Below are positions 20,232-30,904 of a stretch of 64,000 nt of DNA, one piece after another. Within the stretch, counting starts at the first letter, position 1. The number at the start of each line of letters is the position of its first letter. A program made the position numbers and the translations under genes. The DNA lies in the NCBI GenBank assembly GCA_963701085.1, contig OY969561.1, forward strand, positions 704,001 through 768,000, read 5' to 3'. The stretch is from an uncultured bacterium (GTDB taxonomy: Bacteria > Babelota > Babeliae > Babelales > Vermiphilaceae). Under the pieces are notes generated by a model. That model was not told where the DNA came from. It made no database searches and saw only the letters and a list, made by a program, of their open reading frames with translations.

Positions 20232-20953
20232 ACCACACACACCAAACAGTGCCGCCAGCGCAATTGTTAATTGGTCGGTATGACCAAATAATGCATGATG
20301 TAGAAAAATTCTTACAACACATGCTCTGTAAAAACAATGGCTGCAATACCTGCACAACCTGCATGCAGATCAGAGAAAAACAACATCATGCGCTGATGTG
20401 GCTCCATCCGGAAAAAAATTATACTCTTGATCAACTTGATGATCTGTTTGCAACGCTTTCATTCCAATTGCAACCAGATGAACTTTTTTTCTTTATTATT
20501 CAAAAAGCAGACTTTTTAACGCCTGCATGTGCTAATAAATTGCTAAAACCAATGGAAGAGCCGCCGCGTGGATATCATTTTATACTGCTGGCTGAACATG
20601 CAGAGCAGATACTGCCCACCATTCGTTCACGATGCGTTGTATATACGCTAGAAACTACAACCGCCCCACACAGCTCTCATCCACTTTTTGAAAACTTTAC
20701 CACAAAATACTCTACAAGCGCTGAATTCTCTAAAATCATCGATTCGGCAAATATTAATGAGAGAGAAAGCATCGAGCTGCTTGATCAGATAATTCGCTAC
20801 TGGCTTACAACGGATCCTACTCTCTTTTTACTCATCACCAAACTACAACAAGCCCAACTACATCCACCCATGCCGGGAAGCACAACAATCTTTTGGCGCA
20901 ACTTGTATTTACAATTGTACAAAGATTTAAACACCATTCTGCGTGACATTTAA
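20201..20953 (+). CDS. holB: DNA polymerase III delta' subunit
   Basis: C...GCNTCTTC zinc motif, ANKLLKPMEEPP and LPTIRSRC. Confidence 0.85.
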   Translation: MDTHKKSSFLNHTHQTVPPAQLLIGRYDQIMHDVEKFLQHMLCKNNGCNTCTTCMQIREKQHHALMWLHPEKNYTLDQLDDLFATLSFQLQPDELFFFIIQKADFLTPACANKLLKPMEEPPRGYHFILLAEHAEQILPTIRSRCVVYTLETTTAPHSSHPLFENFTTKYSTSAEFSKIIDSANINERESIELLDQIIRYWLTTDPTLFLLITKLQQAQLHPPMPGSTTIFWRNLYLQLYKDLNTILRDI

Positions 20954-21038
20954 GCGGTTCAATAGTATTATTGCCCAAACATAAACACACGCATGGATTT
21001 TTAAATACAAAAAATTCATACAAAAAAAAGGGCCTTTC

Positions 21039-21773
21039 ATGAATACAAAGCACCTGTTATTATTCGCTTTCTGCGCAGCAGCACCATTCACCTCACACGC
21101 CATGGAAAACCATAAACAACTCAACCGAGGAATTTTAATTGCCATTGAAGGAATTGATGGTTCTGGAAAAACAACACTCGCTCAATCAGTAAATGCTACA
21201 TTAGCGCAACAAGGATTTGACACAGTGCTCACCAGAGAACCGGGTGACTCTGCATTAGGCAAAGAAATTCGTGAGCTTATACAGACCCAAACAATGCCAA
21301 TTTCACCTAAAGCAGAATTTCTACTTTTTGCCGCTGACCGTGCACAACATTTTCACGAACTCGTTATCCCCGCACTAGAAGAAAAGAAATTAGTCATTTC
21401 CGATCGCCTTGCAGATTCATCACTTGCCTACCAAGGATATGGCCGCGGGCTTTTTATTCCAACATTACGTATCATTAATTCATTTGCCATGAATACTCTT
21501 GAAGAAAAATATATTAATCCATATACCCCGGATATTACCATCTTTGTCCGTGTTCCAGTAAAAGTTGCTCTTGAACGGTGTAAAAAGCGCTCTTCTCTTT
21601 CTATTTTTGAACAAGAAAAATTCTTAGAATCCGTAGCACTGGGATTTGAAGAAATATATAAAAGTTGCATTGATTATGTCGCTGTTGATGGCACTACATC
21701 ACCAGAAGAGCTCACCACACAAGTATGTAATAAAATACAAGACTGGATAGAAGCACAAAAACTTCTTTCTTAA
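21039..21773 (+). CDS. Second thymidylate kinase carrying an N-terminal signal peptide
   Basis: Close paralog of 19590..20231 plus MNTKHLLLFAFCAAAPFTSHA-M leader. Confidence 0.9.
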   Translation: MNTKHLLLFAFCAAAPFTSHAMENHKQLNRGILIAIEGIDGSGKTTLAQSVNATLAQQGFDTVLTREPGDSALGKEIRELIQTQTMPISPKAEFLLFAADRAQHFHELVIPALEEKKLVISDRLADSSLAYQGYGRGLFIPTLRIINSFAMNTLEEKYINPYTPDITIFVRVPVKVALERCKKRSSLSIFEQEKFLESVALGFEEIYKSCIDYVAVDGTTSPEELTTQVCNKIQDWIEAQKLLS

Positions 21774-21790
21774 GCAAAAAAGCTATTAAC

Positions 21791-21832
21791 AAAAAGGCAT
21801 TCGAAAGTTATATTGCTTTCGAATGCCTTTTT
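21791..21832. terminator. Bidirectional terminator
   Basis: AAAAAGGCATTCGAAAG..CTTTCGAATGCCTTTTT. Confidence 0.85.
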
Positions 21833-21850
21833 AAAGAACAATATTTTATC

Positions 21851-22132
21851 TCATGACGATGTCTCATAAAACAAATCTTGCACTGTTGGCGAATAGCTTT
21901 GTTCCGAAAGACTTAATTTAAATATATCACCAGGTGATTCTTGCTGTTGTTCTTTAATAAAAAATTTACCTGATCCTGCTATTGGTATCGGCTTACTACG
22001 AATCCTTTTTAATACGACAAACTTTGTCAACACCTCTTTTTTTGCTCCTTTACTTCTCTTTTGCACATGAGTGTCCATCGCCATTATCATGACCGACTGT
22101 ATAAACAACAAACAAACCACATACTTATTCAT
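21851..22132 (-). CDS. Small exported hypothetical protein
   Basis: SD GGAGG before ATG 22132; signal MNKYVVCLLFIQSVMIMA-MD. Confidence 0.6.
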   Translation of the reverse strand: MNKYVVCLLFIQSVMIMAMDTHVQKRSKGAKKEVLTKFVVLKRIRSKPIPIAGSGKFFIKEQQQESPGDIFKLSLSEQSYSPTVQDLFYETSS

Positions 22133-22286
22133 AACCCCTCCCTTGGATAAAAAAATATTAATCACCTCAATTATTAGCGGTAATCATACAAAAAAAACAA
22201 GAACATAGACAAAAAACTGTACGCTCATTATCTTTAAAGTTACTCATTTCCCCTACACAACTATGTTGCATCAAGGATTTTGTATC

Positions 22287-22715
22287 ATGGCTATTGATTT
22301 AAAAGAACTCTTACATGTGCTCATCAATCCAGAGAAAAACTGGAAAACTGATCTTTTATATCGATGGAATGATATTATTGGGTCACTCAACAGCAAAGTA
22401 CGTATTGAAAAAATCTATGACGACACTCTTATCTTAGGAGTTTTTCACTCCTGCTGGATGCAAGAGCTTTATCTTCTGTCACCGCTCCTTATAAAAACAA
22501 TCAATGAAAAGCTAGACCAACCTTACATCAAAGAGATACGCTTTAAACACGTTGGTTTAAAAAATCTCAAAAAAAATATCTCAACGCCAACTGCGGTAAA
22601 AAAAAAGAAAGAAATTATATTAACCAAAGAAGATGAACGCACTCTTGCAAAAATTGCTGACCCTGCATTACGTAACGTGCTCAAAGCATTTCGCATGCGG
22701 TGCTACCAGGAGTAG
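22287..22715 (+). CDS. dciA: DUF721/DciA family protein (helicase loader-like)
   Basis: [15 protein letters not shown] and IKEIRF motifs. Confidence 0.75.
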   Translation: MAIDLKELLHVLINPEKNWKTDLLYRWNDIIGSLNSKVRIEKIYDDTLILGVFHSCWMQELYLLSPLLIKTINEKLDQPYIKEIRFKHVGLKNLKKNISTPTAVKKKKEIILTKEDERTLAKIADPALRNVLKAFRMRCYQE

Positions 22716-22719
22716 TACA

Positions 22720-24360
22720 ATGGAAACGAATGTTCTATGCTATGTGCTATGCTTTCTCACCACGGGATACATTGCTGCTGATAATGCAACAACATATCAT
22801 CGTTATTTTATGGCAAATTATAATCATTCTGCAGGCAACATCCCTCATGCGCAAGACTGGTACACAAAACTTTTTTCTACAAACAACTCTGTGTATAGCT
22901 ATAAAGGGTATCTCAATTTTCTCACCGATACAAAACAGTTCAAACAAATTACAGAACTCATCCCAACACTGGAAAAAAAATTTAGCAATGATCCCGATAT
23001 TCAACTGATTTTTGCCAATGCTCTAGAAAAAACCAAGCACATTAAACAAGCTGATAATCTTATCATCACACTCAGCCAATCATTTAAAACACATTCAGAA
23101 ATTGCATTCCGTGCAGCACAAACCCATATCCGCAGACAGGAACCAGAAAATGCCCTACTCACCATCAATGCCTTTCTCAATAATACACCACGCAGACCAA
23201 ACAATTTTGTTTTTTATTTTTTAAAGACACAAATATATATGCAACTCGCTCAATTCAGCCAAGCATTAGAAAGCATCAAAAAATGCTTAGAAATGCACCC
23301 ACAATTTGATAAAGGCTGGCTTCTATGCGCGTCATTGTATGAAAAAGAAGGCAAAATAAAAGAAGCTCTCACGGGATACACTACGTTCTTAGAACTATCT
23401 GGCGGTAATAAAGAAATAGAAAAACATCTTTTCTCCCTCATGCTCAAATACAAAGCACTTGAAGATAACAAGCACATTTTATTATCACACACCATCAGCA
23501 TTGATAACGCACTTATTTTATTTCAGCAACAACGCTATCCACAAGCACTAGCGCACATCAATAGTTGCATAGAACAGCAACCCACTAACAATGAATGCAA
23601 ATTACTCAAAATACAAATTTTATCCGCTATGAAAGATTTTAACCAAGCAGCACAAGTAATCACTGCATGGATTCTTGCGCAACCCGAAAATGATATATGG
23701 CCAAAATCACTCTGTCTTCTTGCTCACAACGGCATGCCACGCTCACGAATCATTGACGTTTTCAACAGCATACTCAAAAAAACAGCTGATAATCTTTGGT
23801 GCAATATCTACTGCGCTGATATGTGCATGCGTGATGCGCACAATGATCATGCAATGCTCTGTCTTACCAACGCATTACCATGCAACATGACCGATGCAAT
23901 CAGAACAAAAACATTATATCAACTTGCGTTACTCCATTATGAACAAGACAATCACCACGCAATGCGTACTCATCTTGAAAGTGCTTACGCGCTTAATCAA
24001 CACCACCCTCACATCAACAACTCACTCGCGTATTATTGGGCAACAAAAGGAAAAGATACAACCCAAGCATATTCTTTTATTGAAAAAGCACTGAAAACCG
24101 ATCCCACAAACCCCTACTTTTTGGACACGCAAGCGGTTATTTTATATAAAGAAAAAAAATACAAGCAAGCACAAGATATTCTTGAAAAACTTGCTCATCT
24201 CAACAATGGAACAATGTTACTCCATCTCGCAAAAGTGAACTATGCTTTGAATAATAAAGAAAATGCTGATATCTTTACTCAAAAAGCTCAGCCATTAGTA
24301 AAAAACAATCACGAAAAAAAAGCTCTCAAAAAGATGCAACTCTTATTAACACACGCATGA
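22720..24360 (+). CDS. Exported tetratricopeptide repeat protein
   Basis: Multiple TPRs including NSLAYYWA and P.NPYFLDT; SD AGGAG before 22720. Confidence 0.85.
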   Translation: METNVLCYVLCFLTTGYIAADNATTYHRYFMANYNHSAGNIPHAQDWYTKLFSTNNSVYSYKGYLNFLTDTKQFKQITELIPTLEKKFSNDPDIQLIFANALEKTKHIKQADNLIITLSQSFKTHSEIAFRAAQTHIRRQEPENALLTINAFLNNTPRRPNNFVFYFLKTQIYMQLAQFSQALESIKKCLEMHPQFDKGWLLCASLYEKEGKIKEALTGYTTFLELSGGNKEIEKHLFSLMLKYKALEDNKHILLSHTISIDNALILFQQQRYPQALAHINSCIEQQPTNNECKLLKIQILSAMKDFNQAAQVITAWILAQPENDIWPKSLCLLAHNGMPRSRIIDVFNSILKKTADNLWCNIYCADMCMRDAHNDHAMLCLTNALPCNMTDAIRTKTLYQLALLHYEQDNHHAMRTHLESAYALNQHHPHINNSLAYYWATKGKDTTQAYSFIEKALKTDPTNPYFLDTQAVILYKEKKYKQAQDILEKLAHLNNGTMLLHLAKVNYALNNKENADIFTQKAQPLVKNNHEKKALKKMQLLLTHA

Positions 24361-25445
24361 ATACAAAAACAATCTGTTGCGTTGCAGGAAAATCTGGCGG
24401 ACATATTATCCCCTGCCTAACCATTGCACGCAATAACAACGCAAACAAAGCAAATATTCTCTTTTTTTCTGCAAACACACCACTCGATAAAACCATCTTA
24501 TCAAACAACAGCATGGTTTCATGGCATATTATGCTGCCACTGAGTAGCCGTGCAGGATCGATAATTAAAACTATCTGGCATGCAGCGTGCTCATTCATGA
24601 TCAGCTTTTTTTATTTGTGTAAACATAGACCGACAGAAATTATCACCACTGGTGGCATTGTTACAATACCAACCTGCGTTGCAGGATTTATATTACGCAT
24701 CCCCATCACTCTCTATTCACTTGATGCAGTGCCTGGTAAAGCAATACAAGCGCTGACACCACTAGCAACATCAATTGTCACGCCGTTTGCAACATCACAA
24801 GAATATTTTCCTGCGCATAAATGTTCTGTTGCACCATATCCTATTAAATATCACACATCATCAATTGATCAAATTGCCGCGCTTACTCAATTACAATTAT
24901 CGCCACACAAAAAAACCCTGTTAATCCTTGGCGGTTCACAAGGATCACTATTTTTGAATGAGTGTATGAAGCACTGGATACATGATTCATCTTTTATGCC
25001 AAAAAACATTCAAATTATTCATCAAACAGGATCCATTGATGATACTGATTGGAAACAACTCTATGCATCTAAAAGTGTCACCGCGCATGTGTTCAGTTAT
25101 TATCCTGATCTTGCATTGATGTATGCAGCTGCAGATCTTATTATATGCCGCGCGGGAGCGGGAACATTATTTGAAATCAAATTTTTTAACAAACCATGCA
25201 TTATCATTCCACTCATGACTAACACCACCACGCATCAAGTTGATAATGCTCGGGCAATGGTATCTGAGTATCCAGAGCTGTTTTGCACACTTGCACAGGA
25301 TGATATTGAAAAAGATCCAACTATGTTATTTATGCGTATTGAGGAAATAATAAATTCTATGAATCAAGATTATCTACAAGCGTTAGAATCAACATTGAGT
25401 GAATGGAACTCAGAAAATGATGAGGACGCATACAAGGATCTATAA
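24357..25445 (+). CDS. murG: Lipid II N-acetylglucosaminyltransferase MurG
   Basis: SGGHIIP, GGSQG, HQTG, CRAGAGT..E and HQ..NA motifs. Confidence 0.88.
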   Translation: MNTKTICCVAGKSGGHIIPCLTIARNNNANKANILFFSANTPLDKTILSNNSMVSWHIMLPLSSRAGSIIKTIWHAACSFMISFFYLCKHRPTEIITTGGIVTIPTCVAGFILRIPITLYSLDAVPGKAIQALTPLATSIVTPFATSQEYFPAHKCSVAPYPIKYHTSSIDQIAALTQLQLSPHKKTLLILGGSQGSLFLNECMKHWIHDSSFMPKNIQIIHQTGSIDDTDWKQLYASKSVTAHVFSYYPDLALMYAAADLIICRAGAGTLFEIKFFNKPCIIIPLMTNTTTHQVDNARAMVSEYPELFCTLAQDDIEKDPTMLFMRIEEIINSMNQDYLQALESTLSEWNSENDEDAYKDL

Positions 25446-25466
25446 ACCATTGGATCAGCTCCTCAT

Positions 25467-25556
25467 GCGCTCATCCTGACCCTTCGGCAAGCTCAGGAGT
25501 AAACACCCGCCTGGCCTCCGAAGCCTCGGCGAAGGACGGCTTGAAGGATTAAGCGC
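25467..25556. repeat. Composite (nested) REP-like element
   Basis: Outer arms match 7256-7290; the interior carries two further palindrome types. Confidence 0.75.
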
Positions 25557-25609
25557 ACAAAATTATTGGATAAAAAATAGCGCCAACTTTTTAATTTGAC
25601 GCCATTTTT

Positions 25610-25954
25610 TTATAATTCACGTTTTTTCCACCACTCATCAGTCCAAAATTCCTGTGGCACCTTTTTCTTATCCTCTTCATCAGGACTTTCTAAACCATAT
25701 TCTTCTTCTAAAATAGCGTACCATTTTTTACGTACCGATATTGGTAATTTTTTACCGCAAAACATGCAATAATCCATTAACATACCTCCTCTTTCAAGAA
25801 GATCTACTCCATGTTCACGATATTGTTTATCATAATATAAAATAGCTCCTTCTTTGGATAATCCAGCATCCATTGTTAAACAACAATAAGGGCCTTTATA
25901 ATTGCGTCTTTTTTCTTCAACTCTTTCATGTATTTTTTTAAGCCAATCTTCCAT
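25610..25954 (-). CDS. Putative immunity protein 2 (DUF6980-like)
   Basis: CCLTM..REHG..YCMFCGKKLP; paralog of 25956..26309; ATG 1 nt after the upstream stop. Confidence 0.75.
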   Translation of the reverse strand: MEDWLKKIHERVEEKRRNYKGPYCCLTMDAGLSKEGAILYYDKQYREHGVDLLERGGMLMDYCMFCGKKLPISVRKKWYAILEEEYGLESPDEEDKKKVPQEFWTDEWWKKREL

Positions 25955-25955
25955 C

Positions 25956-26309
25956 CTATAATCCCCGCTTTTTCCACCATTCATCAGTCCAAAATTCTTG
26001 TGGCACTTTCTTTTTATCTTTACTGTCTGGCCATTCTAATCCATATTCTTTTTCTAAAATACCAAACCATTCACTACGTACCGACTTTGGTAATTTTTTG
26101 CCACAAAACATACAATAGTCCATGAGCATTCCACCTGTCGATTTAGGAATCTTAACTCCATATTCACGAAATCGTAAACTATAATATAAAAGTGCGTCAC
26201 CCCTAGCTAATTCCGCATCCATTGTTAAACAACAGTGAGGACCTTTATAGTTACGTCTCTCTTCTTCAACTTTTTCATATATTTTTTTTAATAACTCTTC
26301 ATTATCCAT
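25956..26309 (-). CDS. Putative immunity protein 1 (DUF6980-like)
   Basis: Starts 2 nt after the toxin stop; CC..REYG..YCMFCGKKLP motif. Confidence 0.75.
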   Translation of the reverse strand: MDNEELLKKIYEKVEEERRNYKGPHCCLTMDAELARGDALLYYSLRFREYGVKIPKSTGGMLMDYCMFCGKKLPKSVRSEWFGILEKEYGLEWPDSKDKKKVPQEFWTDEWWKKRGL

Positions 26310-26311
26310 AA

Positions 26312-27478
26312 TTATCCTCTTTCTAATAGCCGGCGCACCGTCCTCATCCCTTGTTCTGTTTTTTCTATATTTAAAGTTCCATCAAAATTTGCAACATACT
26401 TCCACTCAAGATCCTTACCAAATACCTCAAGATGATCATTGTGTAATGCATCAACAACAACATAATGACCTTTTTTCAAACCATCACAACCTTTTATATT
26501 TTCAAGTACTGCAAAAGCACGTTTACCTTGATTTACATAAATGGACCGTTCTAATTTACCTTTTTGTTCAAATTTTTTTACCCAATCTTCCGTGCGATGA
26601 TATTTTGGACCATCGTAGCGTTTATTTTCATCACAATCAGTTTGTGTTGTTGCAGCATTATGCAACCCTGGTTTTTCCACTTCAATAGGAAATTCACAAC
26701 CTTTATCAAGACTATTTTTAGGTATTTCATGAACCAATTTAATAGGAAGATCTTGTTTTCCTGCCTTGATATCACACACAACAGGAACATCTGATACCGG
26801 TTGATAGCAACCACCATATTGTGTTCCATTGATTGTAGCATCACGGGAAAAACATCCATCATGTCGAGACTCATGTTTACGAGCTCTTCTATGTTTGCAA
26901 AACATCACACAACCAAGAATACTGAATGCCACTACTTGACCAACTGCAACAGCAACTGCAGCTGGTGGGCATGAAACAGCTAATGTTGCTGTGATAACTC
27001 CTGTAGAAACTGGATCAATATTATGCGCAATAATTTCATACGGAGTTACACAAAAAATATGGCTTGTTTCAACAGAAAAGGTATGCATTGTTTGCTGTTT
27101 ATGCACCGTTTCAACTGCATCAACACAAACAATATTCCCGTTACCACACAACAACTGTTCTGATACGTTTAACGCATATGCGCTAACCCAGTCATTTCTA
27201 TCACATGAATAAAATTTTTGATCTGAAGCTGCACAAACACAAATATCTTTAATTTGGATTCTAATAAAACAGTCAGCCACATAACTCATAGTACGAGTAA
27301 TAGAATATGGCTGCAATTGACCTCCATCAGCGACCACCACAACATTATTACCAACTCTAAACTGCTCAATGGGTTTAAGACCATGCTCATATCTGACTAA
27401 TGTACGTTCAGCAAATCCATCCGGTTGCAATAACCCTATCCATAACAATAAGTTTAATAATGCCAGTTTTTGCTTCAT
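26312..27478 (-). CDS. Polymorphic toxin: signal peptide + Hint domain + colicin-E3-like C-terminal nuclease
   Basis: GFAERTLV..KPIEQFRVG..(F)SVETSHIFCV....IIAHN Hint signature; C-terminal VDALHNDHLEVF..NFDG..N..KT. Confidence 0.8.
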   Translation of the reverse strand: MKQKLALLNLLLWIGLLQPDGFAERTLVRYEHGLKPIEQFRVGNNVVVVADGGQLQPYSITRTMSYVADCFIRIQIKDICVCAASDQKFYSCDRNDWVSAYALNVSEQLLCGNGNIVCVDAVETVHKQQTMHTFSVETSHIFCVTPYEIIAHNIDPVSTGVITATLAVSCPPAAVAVAVGQVVAFSILGCVMFCKHRRARKHESRHDGCFSRDATINGTQYGGCYQPVSDVPVVCDIKAGKQDLPIKLVHEIPKNSLDKGCEFPIEVEKPGLHNAATTQTDCDENKRYDGPKYHRTEDWVKKFEQKGKLERSIYVNQGKRAFAVLENIKGCDGLKKGHYVVVDALHNDHLEVFGKDLEWKYVANFDGTLNIEKTEQGMRTVRRLLERG

Positions 27479-27536
27479 TTTATTCCTTCTCAATTACACA
27501 AAATATGCGCACATTATAGCATTTGCACCACAATAG

Positions 27537-27570
27537 AAATAGCGCCAGTTTAACCAAGCGCTATTTTTTT
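27537..27570. terminator. Putative terminator
   Basis: AAATAGCGC..GCGCTATTTTTTT. Confidence 0.6.
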
Positions 27571-27606
27571 ACAGGCCAAAAATTTTTATATTAAAGTTGC
27601 ATACAA

Positions 27607-28320
27607 TCACACATTAAGATCATCTAAAAACCATAAAGCTAAATGCTTACCACGTTCAAGTTCAAACGGCACATCTTCTTCAATTAAAGCGAGCGGCCTC
27701 GGAAAATTAAATGGTGCTCGTTCAAGATTAAGAAATCGGCATTCACCAGTATTTGGCATATCAACGTTACTTTGTTTAAGAACATTAGTGGTCACGAGAA
27801 TATATTTTGATCCGCTTTTCTTGAAATTTCTCAGAACGGTAAAAATTTGATCGTAAGTAAGATGAGCGAGCATATCTCGGCAGATAATAAGATCTACTTT
27901 ATCAATTATATTTTCAATAAGATTGAGATGCCTAAATTCTCTCGTTGCCCCAAAAAGCCTTTTATTCCATTCAATTAGTTCCTGAACAATATCAAAGCCA
28001 ATATATCTGCAAGCCCCTATATCCACATGCCTCATCCAATTGAGATCACCGCATGGCGCATCTGCAATGCAAGTAATACCAAATCGTTTAATAAGCGCAC
28101 TGAACTCCTGGCGCATTCTCTGAGTATTTCTTATCTCAGATCCCGGACCAGAAACAGTTTCTCGTGATTCCCAATGATTTGTTTTATAAATATCAGTGAA
28201 AATTTTTTCAACACGATCACAAATCTGTTCGTTTACAAATGCATTATCATTGGATGACACGTAGGAACTTGAACACAAAAGAGTTAAAAAAATCATTGTT
28301 TTTTGGATTTTCATACTCAT
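27607..28320 (-). CDS. Exported class I SAM-dependent methyltransferase
   Basis: F..IY....W....SGPGS, DAPCGD.NW, GFDIV and DLIICRD...H motifs; signal peptide. Confidence 0.8.
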   Translation of the reverse strand: MSMKIQKTMIFLTLLCSSSYVSSNDNAFVNEQICDRVEKIFTDIYKTNHWESRETVSGPGSEIRNTQRMRQEFSALIKRFGITCIADAPCGDLNWMRHVDIGACRYIGFDIVQELIEWNKRLFGATREFRHLNLIENIIDKVDLIICRDMLAHLTYDQIFTVLRNFKKSGSKYILVTTNVLKQSNVDMPNTGECRFLNLERAPFNFPRPLALIEEDVPFELERGKHLALWFLDDLNV

Positions 28321-28372
28321 ACCTTTTTTTATGTGGAATCTTTTTATATACATCGCTGCTCATGTTATAACA

Positions 28373-30268
28373 TTACACTAAAATAGCAATAGCTCCTGGC
28401 TTACCTAACTTTGAAGGCAAACCTGTACGTTCATCAATAATCTTTTCTTGCAAGGATGGATCATAAGAAAATGTTTTTTCAGCAGAATCAATTGCACGAT
28501 TAAAGCCAAGCCAAATAGGAAACGCGGTACGAATAGGATACACATTGTGCCCCATTGGACGATTATCATCAAATCCAACGTAAACGGCAGTTGTTAATGT
28601 TGGCGTTGAACCAATAAACCAGCACGTACGTGAATCATTTGTTGTACCGGTTTTGCTCATCGCCTGAGATTTTATCCAATTCTGTGCTCCATACATTGTT
28701 TTAACACGTTCAGGCCCCAAACAGAGAGCGGCTTTTACTTGACCAACAATACGACTTTCAATAACCCGTTCTGTATCAGCAACTGTTTTATACATACGAG
28801 CACCCCATCTATCTTTTATCCATGATAATGCATGCGGCTCAACATACACACCGTCATTGGCGAACACATTAAACATACCGGCACCTTCACACAATGTTAC
28901 ATCAACACAACCAAGAGCTAATGAAGGATATGCATGAAAATCACTTTTAACGCGACATTTTTTTGCAAGATTAATAATAGGATGAGGCCCAACCTTTAAT
29001 AACGTTTTAATACTGACAATATTGCTTGAATGTGACAATGCATATGCTAACGTAACTTGACCACGAAATTTTTTATCATAATTTTTAGGTGCCCATATTG
29101 TGCCATTTTGCACCAATTCAATCGGCTCATCAATTGCAGTATCAGCGAACGTCATACCACTTTCTATTCCTGCCGTATACACTAATGGTTTTATAATAGA
29201 GCCAATTTGTCTGCGCGCCTGCACAGCCCTATTAAATTTTGATGCTGCAAAATCATAACCACCAACAAGAGCTTTTATTTCTCCCGTTTTACGATCAAGA
29301 ACAATGAGACCACCATCAAGCTCATCGCCCAGTTCTCCACGCAGCTTTACCATTTCTGTTTCAAACGCGTGCTGAGCGGCGATTTGCATTTTTCTATTAA
29401 TTGTTGTTTGAATCTGCAATCCTGCTGAATACAATGCCGTTTTACCAACAATACTTTCCAATGACATACGCAACATCTCTTTTATATGAGGCGCAAACGT
29501 ATCATAATTTCTATCTTTTATTTCAATTGCACGCGACACATAATTTTCATACTCTTGCTCAGTAATAAAACCCAAATACCTCATCTTGCCCAAAATAACA
29601 TCACGCCGCTTTTGCGCAGAAAGTGGATAAACCAACGGACAGTATCGTGCCGGTGAACGAATAATACCTGCCAAGGTACACGCCTGCTCAACGGAAATTT
29701 CATGCGCATGCTGCAACCAAAAACGCTGACTTGCCGCTTCCACACCATAAATACCACACCCAAAACAGACATTATTAAGATATGTATATAAAATTTGTTC
29801 TTTGGTTAATTGTTGTTCAACAAGAATGGCATACAACTGTTCTTTTATTTTTCGCGTAAATGTTTTATGTGAATCAAAAAAAAGTAACTTAACCAACTGC
29901 TGCGTGATAGTACTTGCACCCTGCGCTTTACGTCCATAATAAATATTCACGATAATTGATCGCAGAATTCCCTTCCATGAAATACCTTGATGCGAAAAAA
30001 AATGCCAATCTTCTGCTGCAATAAATGCATTAATAACATGCTGCGGTAACCGTGCTCCATCCACCGGATCACGCCGATCCAACTGAAATCGTCCCCACTC
30101 ATTACCCTCATCATCATAAAGAATTGATGGACGCGCTGAATTATATTGCGCAAGAATAGAAAAATCGATTGTATGATTGTGTATCACAAAAAAAAGGGCC
30201 CCACCACAAAAGGTCCCTACTGCAACGATCAAAATTAAAAAAATATACGTAACACGAAAAATTGTCAT
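28373..30268 (-). CDS. mrcA: Class A penicillin-binding protein 1A
   Basis: GT51 motifs EDWHF, GASTITQQLVK and RKIKE; transpeptidase SIIK, SSN and KTGT. Start uncertain (30268/30292). Confidence 0.9.
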   Translation of the reverse strand: MTIFRVTYIFLILIVAVGTFCGGALFFVIHNHTIDFSILAQYNSARPSILYDDEGNEWGRFQLDRRDPVDGARLPQHVINAFIAAEDWHFFSHQGISWKGILRSIIVNIYYGRKAQGASTITQQLVKLLFFDSHKTFTRKIKEQLYAILVEQQLTKEQILYTYLNNVCFGCGIYGVEAASQRFWLQHAHEISVEQACTLAGIIRSPARYCPLVYPLSAQKRRDVILGKMRYLGFITEQEYENYVSRAIEIKDRNYDTFAPHIKEMLRMSLESIVGKTALYSAGLQIQTTINRKMQIAAQHAFETEMVKLRGELGDELDGGLIVLDRKTGEIKALVGGYDFAASKFNRAVQARRQIGSIIKPLVYTAGIESGMTFADTAIDEPIELVQNGTIWAPKNYDKKFRGQVTLAYALSHSSNIVSIKTLLKVGPHPIINLAKKCRVKSDFHAYPSLALGCVDVTLCEGAGMFNVFANDGVYVEPHALSWIKDRWGARMYKTVADTERVIESRIVGQVKAALCLGPERVKTMYGAQNWIKSQAMSKTGTTNDSRTCWFIGSTPTLTTAVYVGFDDNRPMGHNVYPIRTAFPIWLGFNRAIDSAEKTFSYDPSLQEKIIDERTGLPSKLGKPGAIAILV

Positions 30269-30386
30269 GAAACACACACTGTTAATTGCCATAATAAATA
30301 CTATAAAAATATAGGTATATTGTAGCTCAAAATAAACAGGAACTATATACTGATATCCACAAAAATATCCTGAAATCTTATAAAGC

Positions 30387-30415
30387 AAAAGCGGTGGCTT
30401 TTATACCACCGCTTA
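30387..30415 (-). terminator. Putative terminator
   Basis: AAAAGCGGTGG..CCACCGCTT hairpin downstream of 30452..30877. Confidence 0.65.
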
Positions 30416-30451
30416 TATCACAATAACCTATCAACATTTTCTTATTCAGTA

Positions 30452-30877
30452 CTATTGATTCTTTGGCTCATACTGCTCAATCAATTGTCTCTCATTCCAA
30501 AAAGACTCTTTCTTTGTTGCACGAGGTTTTTCTTCTTCCATTCTTCTTGATTGATATGCTTCAAAACTTTTTTTTTGCTGCGCTTCATATGCCGCTATTT
30601 TCTCTTCTACGGGGGTTATTTCTTGTCCCAATCCTGAGCTCTCTAACGGTTGCGCATGCGATAATGGATTAACAGACTTTTCTTGTTCTTCTGCAAGTCT
30701 ATCCAGATGTTCACTATATGTTTTATACGTCGCACTACTTTTAACTAATCTCACTGCAACCACCGTACCAATAACCGCCGTTGCAACTAGGCCTTCAGAG
30801 CATTGCACTTCAAAATTTATCCCCGACAATGCCACTACTCCGAGCAACATTAACATAAAAAAATTATTCTTCCTCAT
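30452..30877 (-). CDS. Exported/membrane hypothetical protein
   Basis: Signal peptide, hydrophobic segment and charged tail; SD AAGGA. Confidence 0.65.
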   Translation of the reverse strand: MRKNNFFMLMLLGVVALSGINFEVQCSEGLVATAVIGTVVAVRLVKSSATYKTYSEHLDRLAEEQEKSVNPLSHAQPLESSGLGQEITPVEEKIAAYEAQQKKSFEAYQSRRMEEEKPRATKKESFWNERQLIEQYEPKNQ

Positions 30878-30904
30878 AAATTCCTTAACACAAAATTTTA
30901 TTGA

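Noticed and set aside
25955-25984. N-terminal extension of ORF 25610..25984
   Set aside because: Paralog alignment supports the ATG at 25954.
25574-27551. AAATAGCGCCA on both sides of the toxin-immunity locus as a target-site duplication
   Set aside because: Only 11 bp, and both copies belong to terminator-like hairpins; insufficient evidence.
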